Positions 18,280 to 28,011 of a stretch of 64,000 nucleotides of DNA are shown in pieces. Source of the DNA: an uncultured virus (IMG/VR IMGVR_UViG_2690315617_000001) (Duplodnaviria; Heunggongvirae; Uroviricota; Caudoviricetes); the IMG/VR virus record IMGVR_UViG_2690315617_000001. One strand, given 5' to 3'. Each line of letters starts with the position of its first letter. Position 1 is the stretch's first letter. Below the pieces are notes generated by a model. That model ran no database searches. It was given only the letters and a program-made list of their open reading frames with translations, and was not told the DNA's origin. Position numbers and translations under genes: made by a program.

Positions 18280-19116
18280 TTACTGGTTGATGGTCTTGAG
18301 CGGAACGGAAACGTCGAGCACCTTGGCGGAGAGGTTCGTCTGCACGATGCCCACCTGGTTGTCGGTGCGGGTCACGATCGTTCCGTAGTCGACCGAGACG
18401 TTGATGTCGCGCCGATAGATGCCCTGCATCTGCTCGGTGTCGATCTGCTGGCTGCCGGAGTACTCGCACGTGGCGACGGTGCCGTCTGGCAGGTTGAGTC
18501 GCGTGAGGTCCGCCAGCGGCGGCGTGATGACCCTTGCCAGCGGCTCCCGGTTGTCGAAGCAATCGGCCCAAATGCTCACGGTGAAGACGCGCTGCTCGCG
18601 CGCCACCTCCTTGGCGCTGGTGCCGTTGGCCACCACGCGCGCATCGATATGCCGCGCGCCGGGGATCATCACGACTGCGCCCGCGGCGCTGGCCGGCTGG
18701 CTTGCGTTCACCAGTGCGGCAAGCGCCGCAGCGATGCTGACCAGCGTGTCGCCAGCCTGAAGCCCGTAGGCGAAGTCCAAGCCATCCACGATCAGGCAGA
18801 CGGCCTGCGGCAGCGTGACAGTACCGGCCAGCGTGACCGTGGTGCCTGCTGCCGTCGCGGTGATCGTCGGCGCAGGCGCGGCGATCTGCTGCCATTCCGG
18901 CATGTGCCGTGTGGTGATCTTCACGTTCGCGCTGGGAAACACGGTCACGTGCGCGATCTTCAGCGCCAGATCGGCCTTCAGCGCCTGCGGCTCTGGCCAG
19001 CCCTGGTAGATCTTGGCCTGGACACCACCAGCTGGCGGCTGGCTGGTGCCGTTCGGATAGACGGCCGCTGCGATGATGCCGACCAGCACGTCGGCGACTT
19101 CAGTCATGTCAGCCAT
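18280..19116 (-). CDS. Tail terminator/completion protein
   Basis: MADMTEV...IYQGWP motif; upstream of the sheath gene. Confidence 0.7.
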   Translation of the reverse strand: MADMTEVADVLVGIIAAAVYPNGTSQPPAGGVQAKIYQGWPEPQALKADLALKIAHVTVFPSANVKITTRHMPEWQQIAAPAPTITATAAGTTVTLAGTVTLPQAVCLIVDGLDFAYGLQAGDTLVSIAAALAALVNASQPASAAGAVVMIPGARHIDARVVANGTSAKEVAREQRVFTVSIWADCFDNREPLARVITPPLADLTRLNLPDGTVATCEYSGSQQIDTEQMQGIYRRDINVSVDYGTIVTRTDNQVGIVQTNLSAKVLDVSVPLKTINQ

Positions 19117-19312
19117 GGTTGCTCGGTACCTCGTTCGCGGTTTCGACAAGGCCCAGACCCGTCCAGCCATAGCCCTTCTCGCGCAGGATGTGCTTGGCCT
19201 CGCAGTGCTCGGCGATGAAGCGGGCCACAAGGTTGAGGTTCTCGCCATTGCCATCTTGGGCTTCGGAAACCGCCTTGCGGATCCATTCCTCTTGGTCGGC
19301 GACCGTTCTCAC
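19109..19312 (-). CDS. Small inserted hypothetical protein
   Basis: GTGA overlap with the upstream gene; ...AKHILREKGYGWTGLGL. Confidence 0.5.
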   Translation of the reverse strand: MRTVADQEEWIRKAVSEAQDGNGENLNLVARFIAEHCEAKHILREKGYGWTGLGLVETANEVPSNHG

Positions 19313-19977
19313 GGGTGAACCTCTTTCGCATTGCAGCGCCAGCCGAGGTCGGTGAGTTCTGCAGCCTCCACGATGTACCGGCGCCCGAGGTCGTCCAACA
19401 GGACATCGCTCGCACGCAGGACCAGCGGCACCGACTTCGGCAGCAGGATCTGCCAGCCGGCATCCTTGGTGCTCATCGGCAGGGAGCCGCCCTTCTCCGT
19501 CCGGCCGCCGATCAGGATCGAGCAGGGCCAACCCTTCACCAGCGCGCCGCTCGGGTCCAGCGTGCCCAGTCCAGGCTCGCTGTCCGCGATGCAGACGCCG
19601 CCGTAGGGCTGCGCGCCGGTCGAAGCAGTTGGCGCAGCCTGGCGCAGCAGAGCGATCGAACGATTGCACTCCACGCACAGCACCGAGAGGTGCAACTGCT
19701 GCGCGGCGATGAAGAATGTGCCTTGCGGGCCCACCAGGTAGTCGCCCGCCTGTGTGGTAGTGGCATCGAATAGCCCGTACCACGTCGGCCGGCCGTACTT
19801 GTTGGCCTTGATGTACTTCCAGTCTTCGGCGTTGAAGCTGCACGGCAGCGTGCCGATGACGTTTGCCAGCGGGTCGGCGGCCGACTGCGGGCGCGAGACT
19901 GCATTCGGCAGCCCGAGGCGTGCGGCCGCCTTGCCGTAGCCGCGGTAGATCCGGTTCTGGAGGGTTGCAGCATCCAT
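19309..19977 (-). CDS. Head closure / head-tail joining protein
   Basis: MDAATLQNRIYRGYGKAAARLG; position. Confidence 0.7.
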   Translation of the reverse strand: MDAATLQNRIYRGYGKAAARLGLPNAVSRPQSAADPLANVIGTLPCSFNAEDWKYIKANKYGRPTWYGLFDATTTQAGDYLVGPQGTFFIAAQQLHLSVLCVECNRSIALLRQAAPTASTGAQPYGGVCIADSEPGLGTLDPSGALVKGWPCSILIGGRTEKGGSLPMSTKDAGWQILLPKSVPLVLRASDVLLDDLGRRYIVEAAELTDLGWRCNAKEVHP

Positions 19978-20412
19978 TCAGAGCTCCAGCGTGTCGACGC
20001 CATTGCCGCAGGTGCTGTCGAGCTCGCAGGCCAACATGACAGCCTGCCGAGCGTCTTTCCCTAGATGCATCGCGGCCATTGCGAAATCGCGCCCGCTGCC
20101 GATCGCCCAGGTGCTGTTCTCGATTCGGATCGGGTGCGGCGTGTTCTCGTATTGCAGTACCGCGCCGCCCGGAAGGATCACAAGCGCTGAGACGCATTCT
20201 TTCGCGTCACGTTGAATGGCTGGAATCTTTTCGGGGTCGGCGCCGGTTTCGAGCCAGTGCACCATCTCGGAAATCTGCGCCGTATTGCCGGCGCATCCGA
20301 CCAGTCGCCCGTCAGAAAGGCGGTGAACCTTTGTCGTCGTGCCATGCAGGCCGCCGAAGTTGGTTCGCTTGTCGGCTGCCAGCGTCTTTCCATCCCATGC
20401 AACGACCGTCAT
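19978..20412 (-). CDS. Ntn-hydrolase (proteasome-beta/HslV-like) protein
   Basis: N-terminal Thr (MTVVAWDG), AADKR, AIGSG...AMAAM motifs. Confidence 0.75.
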   Translation of the reverse strand: MTVVAWDGKTLAADKRTNFGGLHGTTTKVHRLSDGRLVGCAGNTAQISEMVHWLETGADPEKIPAIQRDAKECVSALVILPGGAVLQYENTPHPIRIENSTWAIGSGRDFAMAAMHLGKDARQAVMLACELDSTCGNGVDTLEL

Positions 20413-20413
20413 T

Positions 20414-20818
20414 TCACCCCCGAACGATGCGCATCGCGCCGTCGCCGAGCGCTGGGCCCGGTGCCACACCCAGAAAGCCGCACATGCGCCGGCGCCAGCC
20501 ATCGAATAGTGCAGACCGTTCGGCGACCTCGCGCTTGTTGTGCTTCCAGACGGCCGCCGATTCGGTATCCAGGTTCGCGGCCGAGCCGACGATGTCCGTT
20601 TCGAGGGTCGCGAGGTTCGTCAGGTAGACGTTGATCAGCGTCGACTCGTTCTCGGGGGTCAGGTTCTGGAGCCTATGCGCGAGCGTTTGCAGCAACAGGC
20701 TCGGCAGCGCCGTGATGAACGCCATATCGCTGCGATCCGTCGCCGGCGTGTCGATGCCCAGGCCCGGATAGCCGGCGAAGCGGCGAACGTCCGCGATCTG
20801 CTGGGCGGTCAGGGCCAT
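20414..20818 (-). CDS. Head-tail adaptor protein
   Basis: DVRRFAGYP...NLDTESAAVWKHN; follows the capsid genes. Confidence 0.7.
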   Translation of the reverse strand: MALTAQQIADVRRFAGYPGLGIDTPATDRSDMAFITALPSLLLQTLAHRLQNLTPENESTLINVYLTNLATLETDIVGSAANLDTESAAVWKHNKREVAERSALFDGWRRRMCGFLGVAPGPALGDGAMRIVRG

Positions 20819-20842
20819 GAGGTGCTCGCTCGTGCGTCTGGA

Positions 20843-21106
20843 TCAAGAAGCAGCGGCTTCGGCGGCCACAGCCGCATCGAGCAGCGCGGCGAGGTCGGCC
20901 TTCTTGGCGCCCTCGGGAATCTCGACCTTGCGCTTCTCGAGTTCGGCCTTGAGGTCTTCGACCTTCAGGCCGTCAGAGGCCTTCTTGGCGCCCTCGGGAA
21001 TCGGCTCCTCGTAAAGCTCGTGCTTCTTCGGGTCGAAGTCGCCCTCGTTGATGAGTACGAAGGGGCCCTGGCTCTCGTGCGAGGGCTTGATCTTGATGAC
21101 GTTCAT
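20843..21106 (-). CDS. HeH/LEM-domain small protein
   Basis: LKVEDLKAELEKRKVEIPEGAKKADLAALL. Confidence 0.7.
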   Translation of the reverse strand: MNVIKIKPSHESQGPFVLINEGDFDPKKHELYEEPIPEGAKKASDGLKVEDLKAELEKRKVEIPEGAKKADLAALLDAAVAAEAAAS

Positions 21107-21161
21107 GGAGTTCTCCGAAAGGTGAAGAGCGCCCAGGGCCGAAGCCCCGGGCAACCCTGGA

Positions 21162-22484
21162 TCAGCCCAGCAGGACCATCGCGTGGCGAGGGGCGACCAT
21201 CTTGGAGCCCCAGGCCAAGTTCACTTCATAGCGAACCTGACGCTTCTGCTTGTAGATGCAGAACTCGAACGCGATGCCCGACTTCGGATCGACCACCACC
21301 ATCACGTCGTCGGCAGCATCGCCCCCTTCCGGCATGGCCGGCGCACGTGTGGCGAGTTGAATCGCCGAGCGCTGGAAAGCCATGTTGCGGGTGGCCGCGG
21401 CCGCCACAGTGATCGCGGTGGCTGCGGCAGGGATCGCCTTCTGCAGGCCAGGCTCAGCGATGGTGAGTGTGCCGCCGTTGGAAACGTCAGCGTCTCCCGA
21501 AACGACCGCGTACTTGCGCGTGTCGCCAGCGAACGAGACGAAGTCGCCGGCGATGACCGTCCCGGTACCGGCCGAGGCCAGCGTGATCACGGTCGCGCCG
21601 ATTGCGTAACCCGCCGCATTGGTGGTCGCAGCCGCGCCGGTGCCGGCAGCCACAGCCACCTTCACCTGACCTGAGTTGTGCAGGGCCAGGCCTTCGACCT
21701 GACCGAGCTCGCCCCAGCGCAGCAGGGAGTCCGTGCCAGCCTCATTCACCTTGAACAGTCCAGCCTGCTTGCCGCGGATGTTCGCGACGGCGGCCGAGCC
21801 GAGCACCATGTGCATGTCCGACTGCGGCGCGCCGTTGTCGTCGAGGATCTTGCGCGACTGCGCGAAATCGCTCAGGTCCAGGGCAGTGCCGAAGGGCGCG
21901 GTGCCGGGAGTTCCGTAGGCCTGGCTCGCGTAGATGTGCAGGGCGGCCAGGTCGCTTTCGACCTCGTTGGTCAGCGTGCGGAGCGCTTGCGCGATGCGGT
22001 CACGGTTGATCGTGTCCAGCGTGCCAGAGTTGCGCAGGCCGAGCGTCTCTTCGCCAGTGATGCCGAACGGCACCGAGCGCGCCTTCTGGATCGTCATCTG
22101 CACGTTGCCGATGGTCTGGTTCGGAGTGTCTGCGGCGTACGGCGCAGGCGTCAGGTCCTCGGCAACCATCGGGCCGACGACAGGCGACATCACCACCTCG
22201 TTCACAGCAGCGCGCTCAGCCTTCGAGTCCCGCGAGACGGAGGGGATGAACCCGACCAGTTCGCGCGACACGACGTCCATCGCGTTGTAGATCGTTGGGA
22301 TGAGGCCGGTCAGCGTCAGCGTGCCATAGGCGACCATGCCGCGCTCGGGAATAGTGCGCACGGCGCCTGTGACCAGTTCGTAGACCTTGGCGCAAGCCGA
22401 GGACACGACAGCGACAGGATAGGAAGCCACCACAATAGCGGCGGCAGCCAGCGCGAAAACGCGCAACTTCGAAACGAGTTTCAT
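21162..22484 (-). CDS. Major capsid protein (P22 coat-like) with hydrophobic N-terminal extension
   Basis: TLTGLIPTIYNAMDVVSRELVGFIP core; GGAG RBS before ATG 22484. Confidence 0.85.
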   Translation of the reverse strand: MKLVSKLRVFALAAAAIVVASYPVAVVSSACAKVYELVTGAVRTIPERGMVAYGTLTLTGLIPTIYNAMDVVSRELVGFIPSVSRDSKAERAAVNEVVMSPVVGPMVAEDLTPAPYAADTPNQTIGNVQMTIQKARSVPFGITGEETLGLRNSGTLDTINRDRIAQALRTLTNEVESDLAALHIYASQAYGTPGTAPFGTALDLSDFAQSRKILDDNGAPQSDMHMVLGSAAVANIRGKQAGLFKVNEAGTDSLLRWGELGQVEGLALHNSGQVKVAVAAGTGAAATTNAAGYAIGATVITLASAGTGTVIAGDFVSFAGDTRKYAVVSGDADVSNGGTLTIAEPGLQKAIPAAATAITVAAAATRNMAFQRSAIQLATRAPAMPEGGDAADDVMVVVDPKSGIAFEFCIYKQKRQVRYEVNLAWGSKMVAPRHAMVLLG

Positions 22485-22551
22485 GATTGGGCTCCAGAAA
22501 TGACAAAGCCCGCTCATGGCGGGCTCGGGGTTGCGAAAGGTAGAGGAGGGG

Positions 22552-23361
22552 TCAGTCGGTGATCACGGTGTTCGCGTCGCTGCCAACGGCGGCCTTCTGG
22601 CCAGGGTCCATGGCATCGAACTGCGCGCGCGTGACCGTCTTCTTGCCAACGTTGCCGGCGTTCGCTGCGTTGTTTTTCGCCCCGCCGCCTGATGCACCCG
22701 AGCCCTTGAGGATCATCTCCTTGTTGGGGTACTGGTTCACCATGACCTGCAGGGCCTCTTCGAAGTCCGCGTGCTCACCATGACGGGTCGCCGAGAAGAT
22801 CGGGTTGCCGTTCGCATCGAGGGGAACCAGCTTGCCGCCGTCGACCTTGAACCGGTCGCCGAAGACCTTCTGCGCGATGTCGGCCGGGATGGCCAACTTC
22901 TCGCCGATGAACTTCGAGGCTGCGAAGCTGCCGCCGATGATGTGGTTGTTGAGATCGCTGGTGAGCTTCGTGTTCTGCTCGGTGAGCGCCTTTTCGCGCT
23001 CCTGGGCAGCTCGCGTCGCAGCAGCCACCGCTTCCGTCGCCGAACGGGCAGCTGCGTCCTTGATCTCTTGCACCTTCCCGGCCGTCAGCAGCTTGCCTTC
23101 GTCGATGTTCTTGATGGTTTCGAGGGCCTTGCGGGCCGCCTCACCGTCTTCGATACCTTCGAAGGCCTTCAGCTTCGTTTCCGCGACTTCCTTGGCCTCG
23201 CGGTGGGTCTTGGCTTCGCCGTTGAGACGGCTGATGCTCGCGACCGTGGCGTCGGCGTCGAAAGGCGCTTCACGTCCGTCCGGATGGATGAACACAGGGA
23301 GTTTCTTGTCGCCCTCGCCTTGCATGACGATGGCACCGTTGGCATCAAACTTGAATGGCAT
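22552..23361 (-). CDS. Capsid scaffolding protein (DUF6651-like)
   Basis: RLNGEAKTHRE and ILKGSGASGGGA motifs; helical; upstream of the capsid gene. Confidence 0.8.
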   Translation of the reverse strand: MPFKFDANGAIVMQGEGDKKLPVFIHPDGREAPFDADATVASISRLNGEAKTHREAKEVAETKLKAFEGIEDGEAARKALETIKNIDEGKLLTAGKVQEIKDAAARSATEAVAAATRAAQEREKALTEQNTKLTSDLNNHIIGGSFAASKFIGEKLAIPADIAQKVFGDRFKVDGGKLVPLDANGNPIFSATRHGEHADFEEALQVMVNQYPNKEMILKGSGASGGGAKNNAANAGNVGKKTVTRAQFDAMDPGQKAAVGSDANTVITD

Positions 23362-23376
23362 GGTTGCTGTTTCCTC

Positions 23377-23440
23377 GGGCATCCGCCCTCAGTACGGGTG
23401 CGGCATCCGCCGCGAAGCGCCCTCAGACATCCGTCGTCTG
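23377..23440 (-). promoter_or_regulatory. Three GGAU-loop hairpins in the scaffold 5' leader
   Basis: mRNA reads GAC-GGAU-GUC, GCGGC-GGAU-GCCGC and GGGC-GGAU-GCCC; the last abuts the GAGGAA RBS. Confidence 0.65.
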
Positions 23441-23580
23441 GGCAGTGAAAAGCCGCTGCGGTTGCCCGAGCGGCCTTGTTGGGGTCAGGCGGCCATGAAG
23501 ACGCCCAGCTTGTGAAGCTTGTTGGTGATCTGCGCCGTGAGGCTGCCAACCGCATAGGCCAGCGTAGACCCGAAACTCTT

Positions 23581-24996
23581 TCATGGGGTCGGGACTCCTG
23601 TCGCTGCTGCAGGTGCCGGCGGCGGGTCATCCTTTGCCGCTTGCAACTCCTTCACGGGGTCGAGGTCGGCGGCCAGAGTACCGCGGCGTTGCTGCTCGCG
23701 CAGCGTGGTCTCGCCGCTGATCAGGCCGGCAGCACGCAGGCTCAGGATCAGCTGTGCGCTGGCATCGCTGAGCGTCGCAGCACCGAAGTCCTTGAACAGG
23801 CTGGCGTGACCGCCCTGCGCTTCCTTCACCCACTTCGCCATCAGCTGCAGCACCTGGTCGAGGCTGTCTTCGAAGGTTTCGGTCATGCGCAGCAGGTCGC
23901 ACTTGTTGCCCTCGGCATCGTTGTTCGACTGCGTGGCGGACTTCTGCTCGCCGGGCTTGATCACCAGCAGCTCGGCGCCAGTGGTGACCATCTGGTTTTC
24001 GAGCTTCTCCAGCGACTTCTCACCGGCCTCGATCGCTGCGCCGGTGTGCTCGACATACTTCATGTCCGCATCGGGGGGCAGACGCACGACTGCGGCGGCG
24101 CCGACCTCGAGCTGCGTGCCCCCCGTGCCGTCGGGGCTCGGCGCGTCGACACCGGTCATCACCAGAACCGGAACCCGCGCCACGTGCATGATCGTGTCCT
24201 GATCGCTCTGGCTCTGCCAGTGCTTGACGTTCAGGTACGCCAGATTCAGCAGCGGCGACACCCCGCACATGAAGCCCTTCTTCTTCCCGTAGAACGGTAC
24301 GAACGGGATCTCGTCGAGCGTGGTGGCCGTCGGGGGCACCACCTGAATCCACGGATCGTCTGGCTTTGCGCCCTCCTCCCAGACTTCAAAATAGCCCGGC
24401 GTGAGCACGCGCACCCGCTTCTTGTAGGCAACACCGTAGAGCCCGTCTTCGACCTCGTGCATCTCGGCGATGCGCAGCTGCGTGAGCTGTGTGACGCCGC
24501 CCACGAGCTTCGTCTTCCACCCGAGAATTTGCCCGTGGCGCATGAAAACCAGGTACGGCCGCACGCCCAGCTTCTTCTCGTCGAGCTGGGTGCGCGCCGC
24601 GTTGCCGACCTGCGGGTAGTCGACCAGCACGCCGCAGAGGCCAAAGCCCATCGCTTCGGCCATCAGATCGGCGCAGAAGCTGTGCAAGCTATTGCCCTGC
24701 TGGTCCACGTCCTCGCACCAGGTCTTGATCTTCTTGGGCACGTCCTTGCCCAGCGTCAACTGCTTCGAGAACGGCTTGCCGCTCATCACGGAGACGGTGC
24801 GCTCGAACGCCGGAAACAGCGTTGCGGTCTCGAGGCGCGCCTTGTAGCTCTTCTGCTCCTCGGCAGGCCACTGAGGCAGGAACGCCGGCCCGGCCTTGCG
24901 CATGGCCGCGGTCCCGCCGAGCAGCGCTTCGACGATGGGCCAGTTAGCAGCCATCGCCGCGACTTCCGGCGATTGATCTTGAACCTTGAGGGCCAT
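23581..24996 (-). CDS. Portal protein (DUF4055-like)
   Basis: GGTAAMRKAGPAFLPQWPAE and HWQSQSDQ motifs; follows the terminase. Confidence 0.9.
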   Translation of the reverse strand: MALKVQDQSPEVAAMAANWPIVEALLGGTAAMRKAGPAFLPQWPAEEQKSYKARLETATLFPAFERTVSVMSGKPFSKQLTLGKDVPKKIKTWCEDVDQQGNSLHSFCADLMAEAMGFGLCGVLVDYPQVGNAARTQLDEKKLGVRPYLVFMRHGQILGWKTKLVGGVTQLTQLRIAEMHEVEDGLYGVAYKKRVRVLTPGYFEVWEEGAKPDDPWIQVVPPTATTLDEIPFVPFYGKKKGFMCGVSPLLNLAYLNVKHWQSQSDQDTIMHVARVPVLVMTGVDAPSPDGTGGTQLEVGAAAVVRLPPDADMKYVEHTGAAIEAGEKSLEKLENQMVTTGAELLVIKPGEQKSATQSNNDAEGNKCDLLRMTETFEDSLDQVLQLMAKWVKEAQGGHASLFKDFGAATLSDASAQLILSLRAAGLISGETTLREQQRRGTLAADLDPVKELQAAKDDPPPAPAAATGVPTP

Positions 24997-25006
24997 GCGT
25001 CTGTTC

Positions 25007-26290
25007 CTATGCGCGCAGTGGCGTCACGATTGCGGTGCGCTTCACGATCGGGTACCGCTTCACCAGGAAGTAGCCGACTGCGTCGTTTGGGTGGTCGTGG
25101 CCGGTGCTCTTGTCCGGCTCGCCGTTTGGGCCCCAGGCCTGCTGCTCCTGCGCCTCCGTCAAGTCCGGGCAGGCATTGGTGTTCACCTTCCAGCGCCGCA
25201 CGCCCTCGGCGTTCAGCGTCATGCCGTCCACCGCATTGATGCGGTCCTTCACTGCTGGGTTCGCCGGGTTCACGGCGATCGTGAAGCCCGCAGTCTTGAG
25301 AATGCTCAGGTCCGACTCGCTGGCATTCTTGCTGCTCGTGTTGCCGCCGCTCGCGTCCGGGTAAATGGTGACGGGGTGGCCCTTGTCCTTGTACCGGTCC
25401 TTCAGCAGCTTCGCCATGCTCGGCGTGTCGCGCACCTTCGTCAGCTCCTGGAGCGTCAGCGGCAGGCCCTCACGGATCACACTGACAGCCGCTGTCATGT
25501 TGAGGACGTTGAAGTCCATGCCGATGTGCAGCGGTTCGTGCTCCCGGATCTGCTCCGCCGTGTGGTTCAGCTTCCGGTCAAAGTTCGGGTAGATGCTGCC
25601 GGTGGTCAGGTTGGTGAACAGCCCGCGGATGTACGCCTGGATCAACTGCGGCGGGTAGCTGGCCATCAGCGACGAGATGTAGTCTTCGGGTAGGTTCTTG
25701 GCGTTCTCGTACGTGCTCGCGTGCACCAAACCGTAGAGGTGAGCCAGGTGCGGCTTGTCGCGCACGAGCTTCACAAACTGCTTGTAGACGAATTTGAAGC
25801 CTTCGGGCGTCGTCGTCACATCCACGCCATTCTTCAGGCCGTCGACGCTGTAACGCATGCGCGCGATGATCTTTCGCCAGGCCAGCTCGGCCTTGTTCAT
25901 CTTCATCACGTCGAGCTCGTCGACGACAGCATGGCCGATCTTGAAGCCCACGATGTCGCCCGGCTTCTCCATCGAACGGCACAGGATCGTTGAGCGGTAT
26001 GCGCCCGCCGAGTAGAGGTGAACCTCCTTGTTGCTCTCGTGGATGTCGCAGGTCAGGCCCCAGTCGAAGGCCGACTCCTCGATCGACGGGTAGAAGATGT
26101 CGCGGATCGCTGCGTAGGTCGGCGCGAAGTAGCCGCTGTTGACCTTCGGCCACTCCCATGCGTGGCTGCACAGCGCGGCGCCACCTGCGCGAGTCTTGCC
26201 GCTCCCGAACCCGGCGACGAATCCTCGGAACTTGTGCGGAAGCGCGAGAAACCGGGCCTGAGGCCTATTGAGCTTCGGGCTGACTTGCAT
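25007..26290 (-). CDS. terL: Terminase large subunit
   Basis: Walker A AGFGSGKT, VVDELD, TTTPEG; RNaseH-type GMDFN...DHPNDA. Confidence 0.92.
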   Translation of the reverse strand: MQVSPKLNRPQARFLALPHKFRGFVAGFGSGKTRAGGAALCSHAWEWPKVNSGYFAPTYAAIRDIFYPSIEESAFDWGLTCDIHESNKEVHLYSAGAYRSTILCRSMEKPGDIVGFKIGHAVVDELDVMKMNKAELAWRKIIARMRYSVDGLKNGVDVTTTPEGFKFVYKQFVKLVRDKPHLAHLYGLVHASTYENAKNLPEDYISSLMASYPPQLIQAYIRGLFTNLTTGSIYPNFDRKLNHTAEQIREHEPLHIGMDFNVLNMTAAVSVIREGLPLTLQELTKVRDTPSMAKLLKDRYKDKGHPVTIYPDASGGNTSSKNASESDLSILKTAGFTIAVNPANPAVKDRINAVDGMTLNAEGVRRWKVNTNACPDLTEAQEQQAWGPNGEPDKSTGHDHPNDAVGYFLVKRYPIVKRTAIVTPLRA

Positions 26291-26810
26291 CTTCCACCTG
26301 AACCACGACCTTCACCGGCAGCACCGGTGCGTCCTTCTGGATCAGCTTCACGGCGTCCTTGTTTGCGGCGAGCAGGTTCAGGGGGATATGGCTCGCTTCA
26401 TTGGACAGCTTGGTCATCGCGCTGAACCGCTGGATGGCTGCCATCGACTTCTCGGGCTGGGCATCGTCGATCAGCTGCACCAGATCGTGGGCGATGCCCG
26501 CCAGCCGGTGCGCGCTGGCGGCACTGAACTTCCCGGCACCCGCCATGTGAGTGCTGATCGACTTCAGCTCATCCACGAGACTCAGGGTCATCGCTTGTTC
26601 AGGTAGCGGGAGGTCCTTTAGGGCTTGATCGGCAGCAACGATCTGATTCGCCACACTCCTGACAGTTTCTGCTCGTTTCGAAACTCGGCCGGAAATAGCG
26701 GATTTCGAAACTCTGTATTCCCGTGCGAGGTCGGCCGCCTTCTCGCCAGCGATGAGGCGCTGCTTGAGCGCGTCCCACTGGGCATCTGATAGTTTGGAGG
26801 GACGTCCCAT
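26265..26810 (-). CDS. terS: Terminase small subunit
   Basis: MGRPSKLS HTH; overlaps the terL start. Confidence 0.75.
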   Translation of the reverse strand: MGRPSKLSDAQWDALKQRLIAGEKAADLAREYRVSKSAISGRVSKRAETVRSVANQIVAADQALKDLPLPEQAMTLSLVDELKSISTHMAGAGKFSAASAHRLAGIAHDLVQLIDDAQPEKSMAAIQRFSAMTKLSNEASHIPLNLLAANKDAVKLIQKDAPVLPVKVVVQVEDASQPEAQ

Positions 26811-27082
26811 GGTGGACCTCTTGGGGTTGGTGCCTGCGCGCGGCAGGCCGGACACGCGCCCGGCATCCCCGTGGAGGTTTAGGGTGTGTAGCCGGGCGCG
26901 GACACGGGGCGGGGGTTATGACTCACCCACCGCTGGAGCCTGAGCAAGCGACAGACGCGGAGAAAGGGAAAACCGCGAGCCGCTGGTGGTAGCTCAGAAG
27001 GAAAAGGCACCAGCCAGGCTGGGCGCTTACCCACTTGGCCACGGCAGACGCATGGAGCGCCGCAGCGGGCCCTGCCGGTGTT

Positions 27083-27325
27083 CTATTCGGTCCAGCCGCC
27101 CGGAGTGCCCTGAAGCTGCACGCTGTCGCGCTTCTGCTTGGGCCAGGTGGCGATCGTTTTCTGAGCACGTTCGATCTGTTCGCGAAGGGTGCTCGGCGGA
27201 CGGCGAACGACGGGCCCGAGGTCACGGGCCGGAATGACGTAACGGCCATCTTTGACCGTGACGCCGGTCATTTGGCAGGGGCACAGCGGCTCGCCGTTCT
27301 GCGGCCCACGGCAGAAGCACGACAT
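27083..27325 (-). CDS. Small Cys-rich hypothetical protein
   Basis: MSCFCRGPQNGEPLCPCQM. Confidence 0.55.
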   Translation of the reverse strand: MSCFCRGPQNGEPLCPCQMTGVTVKDGRYVIPARDLGPVVRRPPSTLREQIERAQKTIATWPKQKRDSVQLQGTPGGWTE

Positions 27326-27326
27326 G

Positions 27327-27569
27327 TCAGTCGGCCGGCGTGAAGTCCACGTAGAACTTCTGGCCAGGTTCGAATTTGCCGAACAGTGCGGGGTTGCAGA
27401 CATGGATCTCGCACGAGGCCGACGGAGAGAATTTGGCGAAGGTGTTGTCTTCGTCGCTCCCATCTTCCGGGTAGGCGGTACTCTTGCCCACCGCATGGAA
27501 CTTGATTTTCTCGCTGGAGCCGAAGCGCTCGACGCTGGCGATTTGGAACTTTGCGCGCATAGCGGACAT
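27327..27569 (-). CDS. Conserved phage hypothetical protein
   Basis: MRAKF...EDNTFAKFSPSA...FYVDFTPA; GAGG RBS. Confidence 0.7.
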   Translation of the reverse strand: MSAMRAKFQIASVERFGSSEKIKFHAVGKSTAYPEDGSDEDNTFAKFSPSASCEIHVCNPALFGKFEPGQKFYVDFTPAD

Positions 27570-27600
27570 GGGATACCTCACAGTTGAATGGATGGGCGGC

Positions 27601-27786
27601 TCACCCCTTGAGTTCGTCGATGACGCCGAGTAACTTCTTGTTCGCAACCAGCAGCGTGCCGATGTTCGATTGCTGCACTTCCACCAACTCCATCAGGCTT
27701 CCGATCAGGCGCGTCACTTCAAGAGGCAGCGCGTCGAACTCCTTCTGCAAGGCGTTCATGTCGGAGATGAAGGAGGCAGCGGACAT
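27601..27786 (-). CDS. Small coiled-coil hypothetical protein
   Basis: GAGGTG RBS, 61 aa. Confidence 0.55.
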   Translation of the reverse strand: MSAASFISDMNALQKEFDALPLEVTRLIGSLMELVEVQQSNIGTLLVANKKLLGVIDELKG

Positions 27787-28011
27787 GCGGCACCTCAAAT
27801 AAGAAAGCCCGCACGCGGCGGGCAAAAGGTCGGGGTCGACCTTGGAGACAAAGGATTCGGAAGCCCTCGGCCGCGCGCGCCGCACTCATGGCGGTTGGCG
27901 TCTAGCTGTCATCAGGCGGCGGCTGGAGCTTGGTCCTATGGGCCAGAACTGGCCCGGCGCTGGCGTTCAAGCAGGCGCTTCGACATCACCCAGCCGGCTG
28001 TCACCGAAACT

